A stretch of DNA of 64,000 bases from Macrostomum hystrix. Lineage: Eukaryota > Animalia > Platyhelminthes. A program made the translations under genes and the position numbers. Below are positions 9,401 through 20,982 of the stretch, piece after piece. The number at the start of each line of letters is the position of its first letter. Position 1 is the first letter of the stretch. The DNA lies in the NCBI GenBank assembly GCA_950097015.1, contig CATNEN010000003.1:4278001-4342000 (forward strand), written 5' to 3'. Under the pieces are notes generated by a model. The model saw only the letters and a list, made by a program, of their open reading frames with translations, was not told the DNA's origin and made no database searches.

Positions 9401-12400
9401 ACGTGCAGCCTAGCACTCTAGCCAATAGCCACGTGGTTGTCACAACCTACACTGTGCTGCAACGCGAGAGTCGTTTCATTCTAACAGACATTATCGATGA
9501 GAAGCATCGACAGAATAAGCGCAACAATAGATCAGTGAGGTACCCGGGTCACATTAGTCCGCTAACCTGCATCAACTGGTGGCGCATTGTACTAGACGAA
9601 GCGCAGACAATCTGTTCTAGCAATAGTCAATTGTCTGCTATGGTTGGCTGCCTATCAGCTGTCAATCGTTGGTGCGTCACTGGCACTCCGGTGCAAACTG
9701 GTCTATCGGATCTGCACGGCCTGTTCCAGTTCCTTGGCGCTCCAGTAGCTAGCTGTTCTCGCTGGTTTAAACACCTGCTATTATATCCTTATCAGGTGGG
9801 TCGACATGAGCCTTTGGTTGAGTTCACAGCTAGTGTACTGTGGCGTCAGACTAAATCTAGAGTAGCCGATCAGATTGGCATACCGCCGTTGTCTGAGCGA
9901 GTTTATCGATTGAAATTCAATGGCATCGAGTCGCACTATTATCGATTGAGAATGGAAAGCGAACGAAATGCCTGGCGTAGAACTCTAGATAAACTGGGAT
10001 TAGCTGGTAATCTACGATTGGACCAGATTTCTAGATCCCTGCTCAAACAGCTGCTGGGACCTTTGAGCTGTATGAGACAGGCGTGTGATTTCCCAACAGC
10101 AATGCGCGCCGGATACGTTGGCCGGGCTGCTGCTGCGGGTGGAGCCGGCGCCCAGCAACCGTTGCTAACCGGATTTGGAATGAGCGAATTCCTCACTATG
10201 GATCAGGTAAGGGCTTGTTGAAAGCTTGAAAGCTTGCTTATGAGCTTCTTGGAAATTCAAGTTAGTTTAAGCTACTGGAGCTTCGGAATTTTGATCGAAA
10301 GAAAAAAAACTGTTGATTGCCATTCAGCGAAGAAGCTTAACTCTTCTTAACTTTTGTAACATGGCTTATCTCTACAATAATTCTCTCTATGGTAGCGTTT
10401 AGGGGTGAGTGGCAGAGCGGTTAACGCATTTGCCTCTCGCACCAAGGTCCCTGAGCTCGATTCCTCGGCGAGGCCACATTCATTTGGGGCGCGCAGCCGC
10501 GGAGAGAAGGCTTGGGAGCTTTTCGTGCACTTTACGCCCTTGAGAACCAACTTCGCAAGACACAGTGTGAGTGTACACGATGAGAAAGGCAGCGCAGATG
10601 TACACACGTGTGTGCGTGTGTGCTCAGGAGTCAGCGGAATGGGCAGAATTGCCTCCTCGCTGGCTGCGGGTCTTTAATGTGTCACTAAATGGTGTACTCT
10701 TGCCCACAGCCCTTCTGCAATTGGTATTATTTTTATTGTAGCGTTTCTTCTCTGCACAAACGGTCTCCTTATCTCACGTTAATCACGCTTTCTTCCCTTT
10801 TTTAAACCTAGTTATGGATATTGGTGGCCCTTAGAAGGGCCGTTTTAGCTGCTATTATAATTACTTCGCGTCTTTTTCCGTGGGTACTCCGTCTATATGG
10901 TAGAGTCTCACTCGGCGCGATCGATGAGTGAGATCCTTACACAGTCACTCAGGGCACGCCCTGGACTGGAGGTGCACATCCTTAATCTTGAATCGGAGAA
11001 ATGGATTAACACGTTAACTCTAATAACTAGTTTATAGTTTGCTTTATTAGCTATTCAGTCTATGCTTTATTAGATATTTAAGTGAGTGTGACGGCCTCCT
11101 CTAGTCCATGGACTGAACATTTGTACACAGTGGGCGCCCAGTCCTTAAAAAAGAAGTAATTTTATAAAACACTTCTGTTCACTCTGCCGCAGGTGCTAGA
11201 CAGTCTGATTCAGAAGACCCGCCTCTCACTGAAGGAAGAACATCGCAAGTGGCTAATGTCTGTCAATGGCCTGGCTGCCATCGCTTTCAATGTTGATAAT
11301 AGTCCTGCCACTGCTGCTCAACTTTATCGGGAAGCGTTGAGTTCAATCGCCTATTATAGAGAGTTTGTTAGCACAGACTCCGCTCAGGAATTGCACGCCA
11401 TTCACTGGCTGCAAGAGGTGCTGCGATTGGACCAGACCCTATCTTTGGGGAGGTCTATCAGCGAGGATGGACTGGCTGACAGGTAAGTGGAATAAATTCA
11501 ACAATTCTTTTAGATTGTTGAAGTCTACCAGATTGCTGGATAGTCTATCAGATTGCTGGATAGTCTATCAGATTGCTGGATAGTCTATCAGATTGCTGGA
11601 TAGTCTATCAGATTGCTGGATAGTCTACCAGATTGCTGGATAGTCTACCAGATTGCTGGATAGTCTATCAGATTGCTGGATAGTCTATCAGATTGCTGGA
11701 TAGTCTACCAGATTGCTGGATAGTCTATCAGATTGCTGGATAGTCTACCAGATTGCTGGATAGTCTACCAGATTGCTGGATAGTCTATCAGATTGCTGGA
11801 TAGTCTATCAGATTGCTGGATAGTCTACCAGATTGCTGGATAGTCTACCAGATTGCTGGATAGTCTACCAGATTGCTGGATAGTCTATCAGATTGCTGGA
11901 TAGTCTATCAGATTGCTGGATAGTCTACCAGATTGCAGGATAGTCTATCAGATTGCTGGATAGTCTATCAGATTGCTGGATAATCTATCAGATTGCTGGA
12001 TAGTCTACCAGATTGCTGGATAGTCTATCAGATTGCTGGATAGTCTACCAGATTGCTGGATAGTCTATCAGATTGCTGGATAGTCTACCAGATTGCTGGA
12101 TAGTCTATCAGATTGCTGGATAGTCTACCAGATTGCTGGATAGTCTATCAGATTGCTGGATAGTCTACCAGATTGCTGGATAGTCTATCAGATTGCTGGA
12201 TAGTCTACCAGATTGCTGGATAGTCTACCAGATTGCTGGATAGTCTATCAGATTGCTGGATAGTCTACCAGATTGCTGGATAGTCTACCAGATTGCTGGA
12301 TAGTCTACCAGATTGTTCGATAGTCTACCAGATTGCTGGATAGTCTATCAGATTGCTGGATAGTCTATCAGATTGCTGGATAGTCTATCAGATTGCTGGA

Positions 12401-15400
12401 TAGTCTACCAGATTGCTGGATAGTCTACCAGATTGCTGGATAGTCTACCAGATTGTTCGATAGTCTACCAGATTGCTGGATAGTCTATCAGATTGCTGGA
12501 TAGTCTACCAGATTGCTGGATAGTCTACCAGATTGCTGGATAGTCTACCAGATTGCTGGATAGTCTACCAGATTGCTGGATAGTCTACCAGATTGCTGGA
12601 TAGTCTATCAGATTGCTGGATAGTCTATCAGATTGCTGGATAGTCTATCAGATTGTTGGATAGTCTACCAGATTGCTGGATAGTCTATCAGATTGCTGGA
12701 TAGTCTACCAGATTGCTGGATAGTCTACCAGATTGTTTGATCGTCTACCAGATCGTTTGGTACTCTACCAGGTCGTTGGGTAGTTTACTAGATCGCTGGG
12801 TTGTCCTAGTACGTCCGGAACCATTTGGTCAATCTACAAGATATTTTGTTACCTTTTCGGATTATTTATTGCCCTTCAAGATCCTAGTGTATGCCGCAAA
12901 GTCTACTTATAATTTCATCAGCATGTATACAATATTTTGCTCTAAAATTAGGCCAACAAAAATATTTTTTATGCAGAGAGGCGGCTCTACGCGAGCACAT
13001 CATAGCCAACCAGCTGGCGGTTGTAGCTCATGCTCGATCTAAAGCCAATGCGCTGGCTAATAAAATTGCTGCCGACGAAAATCACCTTGAATCGTACGAG
13101 AATTGGTTAATAGATCTATTGCATCGGTATTGTTCTAGCGGCAGTGATAGGACTACTGGCTTAATTGACAGCCTGGCCGATCTACTCTGCTACGATAATT
13201 CTAGACTGGCTGGTCAAATTCGCGCCTGTTCCACTCCGGCCGGCGTTGCCATGGCGATGCACGCCGAATTGGATCGTTTAAAAGCGACTAGAGCTAAACT
13301 ATTGTCAGCCATGGCTGGCATTGACGGCGATTGGACTGCCGACCAGTTTCGACAGTACGTGCTGCACTGCTTGCGTCGTGCCGAAGGTCTCAAATCGTGT
13401 CGATGGTGCAGCTGCGAAGCTCTATTTGACGACTACAAGAAGGTGAGTAGGCTAAGATGCTGGATGGTAGTCTAGCTTTCCTTGCTTTTACCCGGTTTTC
13501 ATACTGCCCAGATTCTCTGGCAGATTTTAGTGTTATGATTAATTAGATCTCCAGACACTATACCTGATCCTCATTTATACTACCAGATCCTCATTTATAC
13601 TACCAGATCCTCATTTATATCACCAGATCCTTATTTATACTATCAGATCCTTAGACACTCTACCCGATCCTCATTTATACTACCAGATCCTCATTTATAC
13701 CACCAGATCCTCATTTATACTACCAGATCCTCATTTATACCACCAGATCCTCATTTATACCACCAGATCCTCATTTATACCACCAGATCCTCATTTATAC
13801 TACCAGATCCTTAGACACTGTACCCGATCCTCATTTATACTATCAGATCCTCATTTACTCGTATACTACCAGATCCTCATTTATACTACTAGATCCTCAT
13901 TTATACTACCAGATCCTCATTTATACTACCAGATCCTCATTTATACTACCAGATCCTCATTTACTCGTATACTACCAGATCCTCATTTATACTACTAGAT
14001 CCTCATTTATACTACCCGATCCTCATTTATACTATCAGATCCTCATTTATACCACCAGATCCTTATTTATACTACCAGATCCTTAGACACTGTACCCGAT
14101 CCTCATTTATACTATCAGATCCTCATTTACTCGTATACTACCAGATCCTCATTTATACTACTAGATCCTCATTTATACTACCAGATCCTCATTTATACTA
14201 CCAGATCCTCATTTATACCACCAGATCCTCATTTATACTACCAGATCCTCATTTATACCACCAGATCCTCATTTATACCACCAGATCCTCATTTATACCA
14301 CCAGATCCTCATTTATACTACCAGATCCTTAGACACTGTACCCGATCCTCATTTATACTATCAGATCCTCATTTACTCGTATACTACCAGATCCTCATTT
14401 ATACTACTAGATCCTCATTTATACTACCAGATCCTCATTTATACTACCAGATCCTCATTTATACTACCAGATCCTCATTTACTCGTATACTACCAGATCC
14501 TCATTTATACTACTAGATCCTCATTTATACTACCCGATCCTCATTTATACTATCAGATCCTCATTTATACCACCAGATCCTTATTTATACTACCAGATCC
14601 TTAGACACTGTACCCGATCCTCATTTATACTATCAGATCCTCATTTACTCGTATACTACCAGATCCTCATTTATACTACTAGATCCTCATTTATACTACC
14701 AGATCCTCATTTATACTACCAGATCCTCATTTATACCACCAGATCCTTATTTATATCACCAGATCCTCATTTATACCACCAGATCCTTATTTATATCACC
14801 AGATCCTTATTTATACTACCAGATCCTTAGACACTCTACCCGATCCTCATTTATACTATCAGATCCTCATTTATACTACCAGATCCTCATTTATACTACC
14901 AGATCCTCATTTATATCACCAGATCCTCATTTATACTACCAGATCCTCATTTATACTACCAGATCCTCATTTATACTACCAGATCCTCATTTACTCGTAT
15001 ACTACCAGATCCTCATTTATACTACTAGATCCTCATTTATACTACCCGATCCTCATTTATACTATCAGATCCTCATTTATACTACCAGATCCTCATTTAT
15101 ACTACCAGATCCTCATTTATATCACCAGATCCTTATTTATACTACCAGATCCTTAGACACTCTACCCGATCCTCATTTATACTATCAGATCCTCATTTAT
15201 ACTATCAGATCCTCATTTATACTACCCGATCCTCATTTATACTATCAGATCCTCATTTATTCTACCAGATCCTCATTTATACTATCAGATCCTCATTTAT
15301 ACTACCCGATCCTCATTTATACTATCAGATCCTCATTTATACTACCAGATCCTCATTTATACTACCAGATCCTCATTTATACTACCAGATCCTCATTTAT

Positions 15401-18400
15401 ACTACCAGATCCTCATTTATACTACCAGATCCTCATTTATACTACCAGATCCTCATTTATACTACCAGATCCTCATTTATACTACCAGATCCTCATTTAT
15501 ACTACCAGATCCTTAGACACTCTACCCAATCCTCATTATACTACCAGAACTCAGAAACTCTACCAGATCCTCATTTATACTACCAGATCCTCATTTATAC
15601 TACCAGATCCTCATTTATATTACCAGTTCCTCGTGTTCTCTACAAGATACTCAGGTACTCTACCAGATACCAAGGTACTCTACCAGATACTCAGGTCTGT
15701 AGATCCTAAAGTACTCCAACTTGATCCCCTTAGTTCTATATGGATATACTACCTATTCCACCAAGTGGTCAGTTACAAACCTCAGTCAGATCAAAATGTG
15801 CAGCACTCTAATACCCACTCATCCAGGCCGTTTATCTACCAGCCGGTTTCGTCCAGGACAAGCGTCTACCGCCATTGATTGACAGCCTGCTAACTCGCCT
15901 ACTCCGTCTGATACCATCCTCCGCTGCTGATCCCAATCAGATCTATATAACTAGTCAGCTGAACTCGCTGAAACTGATGCGTCGCGAGTACAATCTGTTG
16001 CACGATCTTTGGATTGAATTAGGTCGCTATCAGTCTGTTAAGGATGAGATTGATCAGGCTTTAACTAGACTGCGCCTGTTGCAGCCTGGAGAACAGGTGC
16101 GAGATTAATCATTTGTTTGCCTCTGTCGTCTATTCTCCTACCTTTCTCCTCTTTTCTCTCACCTTTCTCCTCTTTTCTCTCACCTTTCTCCTCTTTTCTC
16201 TCACTTTTTTCCTCTTTTCTCTCACCTTTCTCCTCTTTTCTCTCACCTTTTCCTCTATTCTCTCACCTTTTCCTCTATTCTCACCTTTCTCCTCTTTTCT
16301 CTCACCTTTCTCCTCTTTTCTCTCACCTTTTCCTCTATTCTCTCACATTTTCCTCTATTCTCACCTTTCTCCTCTTTTCTCTCACCTTTTTCCTCTTTTC
16401 TCTCACCTTTCATCTCTTTTCTCTCACTTTTTAACTCTTTTCTCTCACCTTTCAACTCTTTTCTCTCACCTTTCTCCTCTTATCTCTCACCTTTTCCTCT
16501 TTTCTCTCACCTTTTTCCTCTATTCTCACCTTTCTCCTCTTTTCTTTCACCTTTCATCTCTTTTCTCTCACCTTTCATCTCTTTTCTCTCACCTTTCATC
16601 TCTTTTCTCTCACCTTTTATCTCTTCTCTCACCTTTCAACTCTTTTCTCTCACCTTTTAACTCTTTTCTCTCACCTTTCAACTCTTTTCTCTCACCTTTT
16701 AACTCTTTTCTCTCACCTTTCATATCTTTTCTCTCACCTTTCATCTCTTTTCTCTCACCTTTTAACTCTTCTCTCACATTTTAACTCTTTTCTCTCACCT
16801 TTCAACTCTTTTCTCTCACCTTTCATCTCTTTTCTCTCATCTTTCATCTCTTTTCTCTCATCTTTCATCTCTTTTCTCTCACCTTATAACTCTTTTCTCT
16901 CACCTTTCATCTCTTTTCTCTCATCTTTCATCTCTTTTCTCTCACCTTATAACTCTTTTCTCTCACCTTTCATCTCTTTTCTCTCACCTTTTAACTCTTT
17001 TCTCTCACCTTTTTCCTCTTTTCTCTCACCTTTTCCTCTATCCTCTCATCTTTCTCCTCAATTTCTCTCACCTTCCTACTCCATTTTCTCCCACCCTTAA
17101 GGTGAAATACGGGGAAATCTCCCTGATTCTACCGGATCTCTCCGGTATCCCTACCTTCCCAATAAAACAATTAAGCTAGTATTCTCCATTTAAACTCTTC
17201 CATTACATGCACATTTTTCACCCCCTAAAACTTTGCAAACAAAGGTGGACGAAATGACCAGGAATTTCGTCCACACCCGGCTAGAGTTCGGCATTATTCA
17301 GCAGCGCTACCAGGGCCAGAAAACTGTCAGCGCAGCTAGCCGCTCTCAGGAGCTTGGCAGACTCAAGTACCTGATCAATCTGAAGGCTGAACGGGCTGCG
17401 AAGGCCAAGTCTGATGCCGTAGCCTCTGCTGTAGCCACGGCTTCTGAACAGCAGGCGGCTACGGAGGACTGTCCAGTTTGTCGTCGACCTCTGCCAGCTA
17501 GGTGGCACGTGCTGGCCTGCGCTCATCAACTCTGTCTGGACTGCCTTCGACAGATTATCAAAGGCTGTCGGGTGCTGTGCCCAATTTGTCGCCAGGTTGG
17601 TATTCTGCTTTTTAGTCTGACCACTCAATAGGTCGGGGGTTCGATTCCCGACTCCACCAAAGGAACAATTTGGGACCCTTTAGCAAGACACTTGAAACTC
17701 TGCCAGTTCACCCAGCTGTTAATTTCTGAATTTCTGAGAATTCAGTAGAGTACTTGGGATCTGATGGAGTACCTGAAAATCTGGTCGTATAAATGAGAAT
17801 CTATTAGTATAATTCAGGATCTGGTAGAGTGCATGAGGATCTGGTAGTGTAAATGAGGATCTGGTAGAGTTCGTGAGGATCTAGTAGTGTGCATGAGGAT
17901 ATGGTAGTGAACATGGGGATCTGGTAGTGTACATGAGGATCTGGTAGTGTACATGGGGATCTGGTAGGTAGTGTACATGAGGATCTGGTAGTGTACATGA
18001 GGATCTGGTAGTTTACATGAGGATCTGGTAGAGTGCATAAGTATTTGGCTGTTTACATGAGGACCTGGTAGTGTACCTGATGATCTGATAGTGTACATGA
18101 GGATCTGGTAGTGTTCATGAGGATCTGGTATTGTTCATGAGGATCTGGTAGTGTTCATGAGGATCTGGTAGTGTTCATGAGGATCTGGTAGTGTTCATGA
18201 GGATCTGGTAGTGTTCATGAGGATCTGGTATTGTTCATGAGGATCTGGTAGTGTTCATGAGGATCTGGTAGTGTTCATGAGGATCTGGTAGTTACCATAG
18301 TTGTTAAGATTTAATCTGATAGTATTAGATCGAATTGTTTATAAAACCAGTCTGAAACGTTTTCAGACTAGTCTCCAATCGGACATCAGGACGGTATTCT

Positions 18401-19050
18401 CGTCAACCAATGCAGCGTCTTCTTCTTCATCCAAGTCCAATGTGGAAAGCGTTGACGATCTGGACCGATTCGACTGCTATGGCGACTATTCCACCAAAGT
18501 AGCCGGTATTGTACGCTGTTTAAAGTGCATCGAGTCGCGCGAACCTGGCGCCAAAGTTCTAGTCTTCTCATGCTTTCCAACCATGCTGGATTTGCTCCGC
18601 TCCGCTCTCATTGTCAATGGAATTCCGCACGCATTCGTAGTGGATAGTCAAACTCGCGACTCTGGCATTGAGCGATTCAGAGCTCAGGCTAGCCTAACTG
18701 TTCTATTATTGTCCATCAACTACGGAGCCAATGGTCTAAATCTAATTGAAGCCAATCACGTGTTGCTAGCTGAGCCGCAGTTAAACCCAGCCCAGGAACT
18801 GCAGGCCATTGGTCGGGTTGATCGCATTGGTCAGACTAAACCAACCACCGTTCACAGATTCTTTGTTTCTGGCACCATTGAAGAGGCCCTGTGGTCTGCT
18901 GTTAGAACTGTGCCGGATACTAACAATACAGCCAGCGGTATAGCTAATGCCGCATCTCATATGTGCAATCTGACACTAGATCAGCTGTCACGTTTGTTGC
19001 TAAGCACAGACGAAGCTGATGCTGAACCGGACAATCTCAGTTTTGTTTAA
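3467..19050 (+). CDS. SHPRH: E3 ubiquitin ligase / SNF2 helicase SHPRH; exons 3467-3889, 4989-5411, 6082-6470, 7846-8251, 9325-10206, 11193-11482, 12977-13442, 15827-16096, 17245-17595, 18367-19050 (~1527 aa)
   Basis: All junctions are GT-AG and phase-consistent (4584 nt total). Motifs: LRPYQ, GGILADEMGLGKT, PHD (CPC..CQLC..QHRECV..CPVC), WWRIVLDEAQ, RWCVTGTP, RING (CPVC..CAH..CLDC..CPICRQ), YSTKV, GANGLNLIEANHV, QAIGRVDRIGQ. Confidence 0.9.
3945..4968. repeat. Minisatellite, 30-bp units grading into 36-bp units (CCTTCCAGATCCCCATGATTGGGT...) in SHPRH intron 1
   Basis: Directly visible tandem array. Confidence 0.95.
5697..6021 (+). mobile_element. SINE family A (SHPRH intron 2)
   Basis: tRNA-like head GGTGGCAGAGCCGTTAACGCG...GCTCGATTCC, shared body, (ATT)n tail. 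Confidence 0.8.
6699..7615 (-). mobile_element. Putative solo LTR (917 bp) in SHPRH intron 3
   Basis: Termini TGTTGT...ACTACA. 4-bp TSD CTCA at 6695-6698 and 7616-7619. TATAAAAG on the minus strand near 7114-7121. Interrupts a TCTCATCTCTCCC low-complexity repeat. Confidence 0.65.
8267..9150. repeat. 18-bp minisatellite (GTAGCTGGTGGGATATTT variants), SHPRH intron 4
   Basis: Tandem array starting ~15 nt after the donor site. Confidence 0.95.
10401..10737 (+). mobile_element. SINE family A (SHPRH intron 5)
   Basis: GGGGTGAGTGGCAGAGCGGTTAACGC head, shared body, ATT-rich tail. Confidence 0.8.
10821..10846 (-). other. Histone-mRNA-type 3' stem-loop motif (AAAAC GGCCCT TCTA AGGGCC ACCAA), no histone gene attached
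   Basis: 6-bp stem, 4-nt loop with U1/U3 and both 5-nt flanks fit the metazoan SLBP-binding consensus. Purine-rich tract AAAAAAGGGAAGAAAG lies downstream on the minus strand. Confidence 0.6.
11511..12770. repeat. 20-bp minisatellite (CCAGATTGCTGGATAGTCTA), SHPRH intron 6
   Basis: About 60 near-identical tandem units. Confidence 0.95.
13545..15690. repeat. 20-bp minisatellite (CCAGATCCTCATTTATACTA) with higher-order structure, SHPRH intron 7
   Basis: Tandem array. The variant TTAGACACTGTACCCG recurs at 13811, 14083, 14329 and 14601. Confidence 0.95.
16133..17090. repeat. ~20-21-bp pyrimidine-rich minisatellite (TTTCTCTCACCTTTC...), SHPRH intron 8
   Basis: Tandem array. Confidence 0.9.
17630..17722 (+). 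mobile_element. SINE family B fragment
   Basis: GGTCGGGGGTTCGATTCCCG B-box plus CCTTTAGCAAGACACTT CORE-like segment. Confidence 0.65.
17755..18292. repeat. 20-bp minisatellite (ATGAGGATCTGGTAGTGTTC), SHPRH intron 9; reverse complement of the intron-7 family
   Basis: The reverse complement of the unit contains CTACCAGATCCTCAT, as in intron 7. Confidence 0.9.
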
Positions 19051-19555
19051 ATGAAAACAACAACAAGAATTCGTTACTTTTTGAAGCAACTATCGTTATT
19101 CTCTCTAAAAATGAGAAGTAAGCTAGAAATAATTAACACTTGTTTACTAGATGAAATTACGTTCCTTTTTGTCAATATTGTCACTCGTAACATATGACGC
19201 ATAAGCAGTAGTATAAATTGCATTTTAGCTCGTTTTTTATTCTCAGACTATTACGATAAAATATCCTTCGCATAACCGTTTATTGATATCCATGCGTCTG
19301 ATTATTAGTTAACAACTTCTGAAAATGTTGTTTCTTTCGATTATTTTAGCTTTCAATGTCATTGATTTCAATTTCATTGATTCCTGTTTTTATATTATGT
19401 TGTTATAATCAACTTGATTTTTGCGTAAATTCGCAAGGTTCTTTGATCCAGGTGTAAAAATGCACAAATATTTTTTATCCTTTAAAATGTGTTTCTTTTG
19501 CTTTTACTTTTTATTTCCACTTGATAAAAATGAATTTCTCCATTAGCTCCGATAG

Positions 19556-20210
19556 ACCAGCCAATCAGCAAAGTGTGCCAGGCAGAAAGTTGTCCTTCCC
19601 GCCAAAACCCAGCCAGCCACCTCACTAGAACCCTGCAGTCAGCCACTAAGAAAGCAAGTCATTGACACCCACCCCTTTCCACTCGGTTAAATTAACTACC
19701 AGCCAATCAGCGAAGTGCACCAGACAAAAAAGTTTCATTCCCGCCAAAAAAATCTGCCACCTCACTTCAACCCTGCAGTAAGCCACTAAGAAAGCAAGTC
19801 GTTGACACCCACCCCTTTCCACTCCGGTAAATTAACTACCAGCCAATCAGCGAAGTGCACCAGACAAAAAAGTTTCATTCCCGCCAAAAAAATCAGCCAC
19901 CTCACTTCAACCCTGCAGTAAGCCACTAAGAAAGCAAGTCGTTGACACCCACCCCTTTCCACTCCGTTCAATTAACTACCAGCCAATCAGCGAAGTGCAC
20001 CAGACAAAAAAGTTTCATTCCCGCCAAAAAAATCTGCCACCTCACTTCAACCCTGCAGTAAGCCACTAAGAAAGCAAGTCGTTGACACCCACCCCTTTCC
20101 ACTCCGTTAAATTAACTACCAGCCAATCAGCGAAGTGCACCAGACAAAAAAGTTTCATTCCCGCCAAAAAAAATCTGCCACCTCACTTCAACCCTGCAGT
20201 CAGCCAATTA
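19556..20210. repeat. 140-bp tandem repeat (~4.6 copies) upstream of FNIP, each unit with CCAAT, E2F-like and CACCC motifs
   Basis: AGCCAATCAG at 19559, 19701, 19841, 19981 and 20121. TTCCCGCCAAA in each unit; CACCCACCCC in the four complete units. Confidence 0.9.
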
Positions 20211-20457
20211 AAAAAGCTAATTATAGCCTAAAGTAATTAATTTTTTGCCACTTTAATAATAGTTGCAGCAACCTCGAAAGCGAAAACAAGAGAGCGCAGC
20301 GACGGTCACAACAAAGATGCTGGCACACAAGTGACTCCGTCACGTCGCCGCCCTATGATATAGCAATCATTTTCTGCCATAGATTAATTTGTGACAAATT
20401 TTTAAGCCTAGTCTCCAATTAAAAAAAAATTGCAAAACAAACAATAGTCCTTACAAA

Positions 20458-20943
20458 ATGCTTCGCAATCTTCGCTCGGTCGTTTTTGGCAAATCGAAAT
20501 CAAACAACGACTCCGATGCGGCAATTATCGCAACTGGAAGCGTCGCCGGCGCAGCTTCCGTTAGCCGATTGGATGCCATTTATAAAGAATTCCTCGAAAC
20601 TTGGCGCGCCCAGGCGCTCTCGTGCCAGGAGACGGACAGTCACTTGGCGGCTCTCAATGCTGCCCCGACTTTAGACGATGCTCAACTCAGACAGCTCTGC
20701 GAATCCATTGAAAATCACATCAGATTGGTAGTCTTTGTAGATAGTCATCGGCATAGGCATCATGTGTTCTTCGATTCTAAGACTATTGAAAAGATTGATC
20801 CGGCAGTTCTTCTGCAGCAGCAGCAGCAGCAGCAGACTCAACAGCAGCAGAAGCAGAAGACGCCGATTTCTCGCTCAGCAACAATCCCGGCTCGAATTGG
20901 TTGGGTGGCGGGTCAGAGTTTGCAGAGGCAGCAGTCGCATCAT

Positions 20944-20982
<39 letters not shown>

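Noticed and set aside
16113-16784. Phe/Ser/Leu-rich ORFs
   Set aside because: Pyrimidine minisatellite in SHPRH intron 8.
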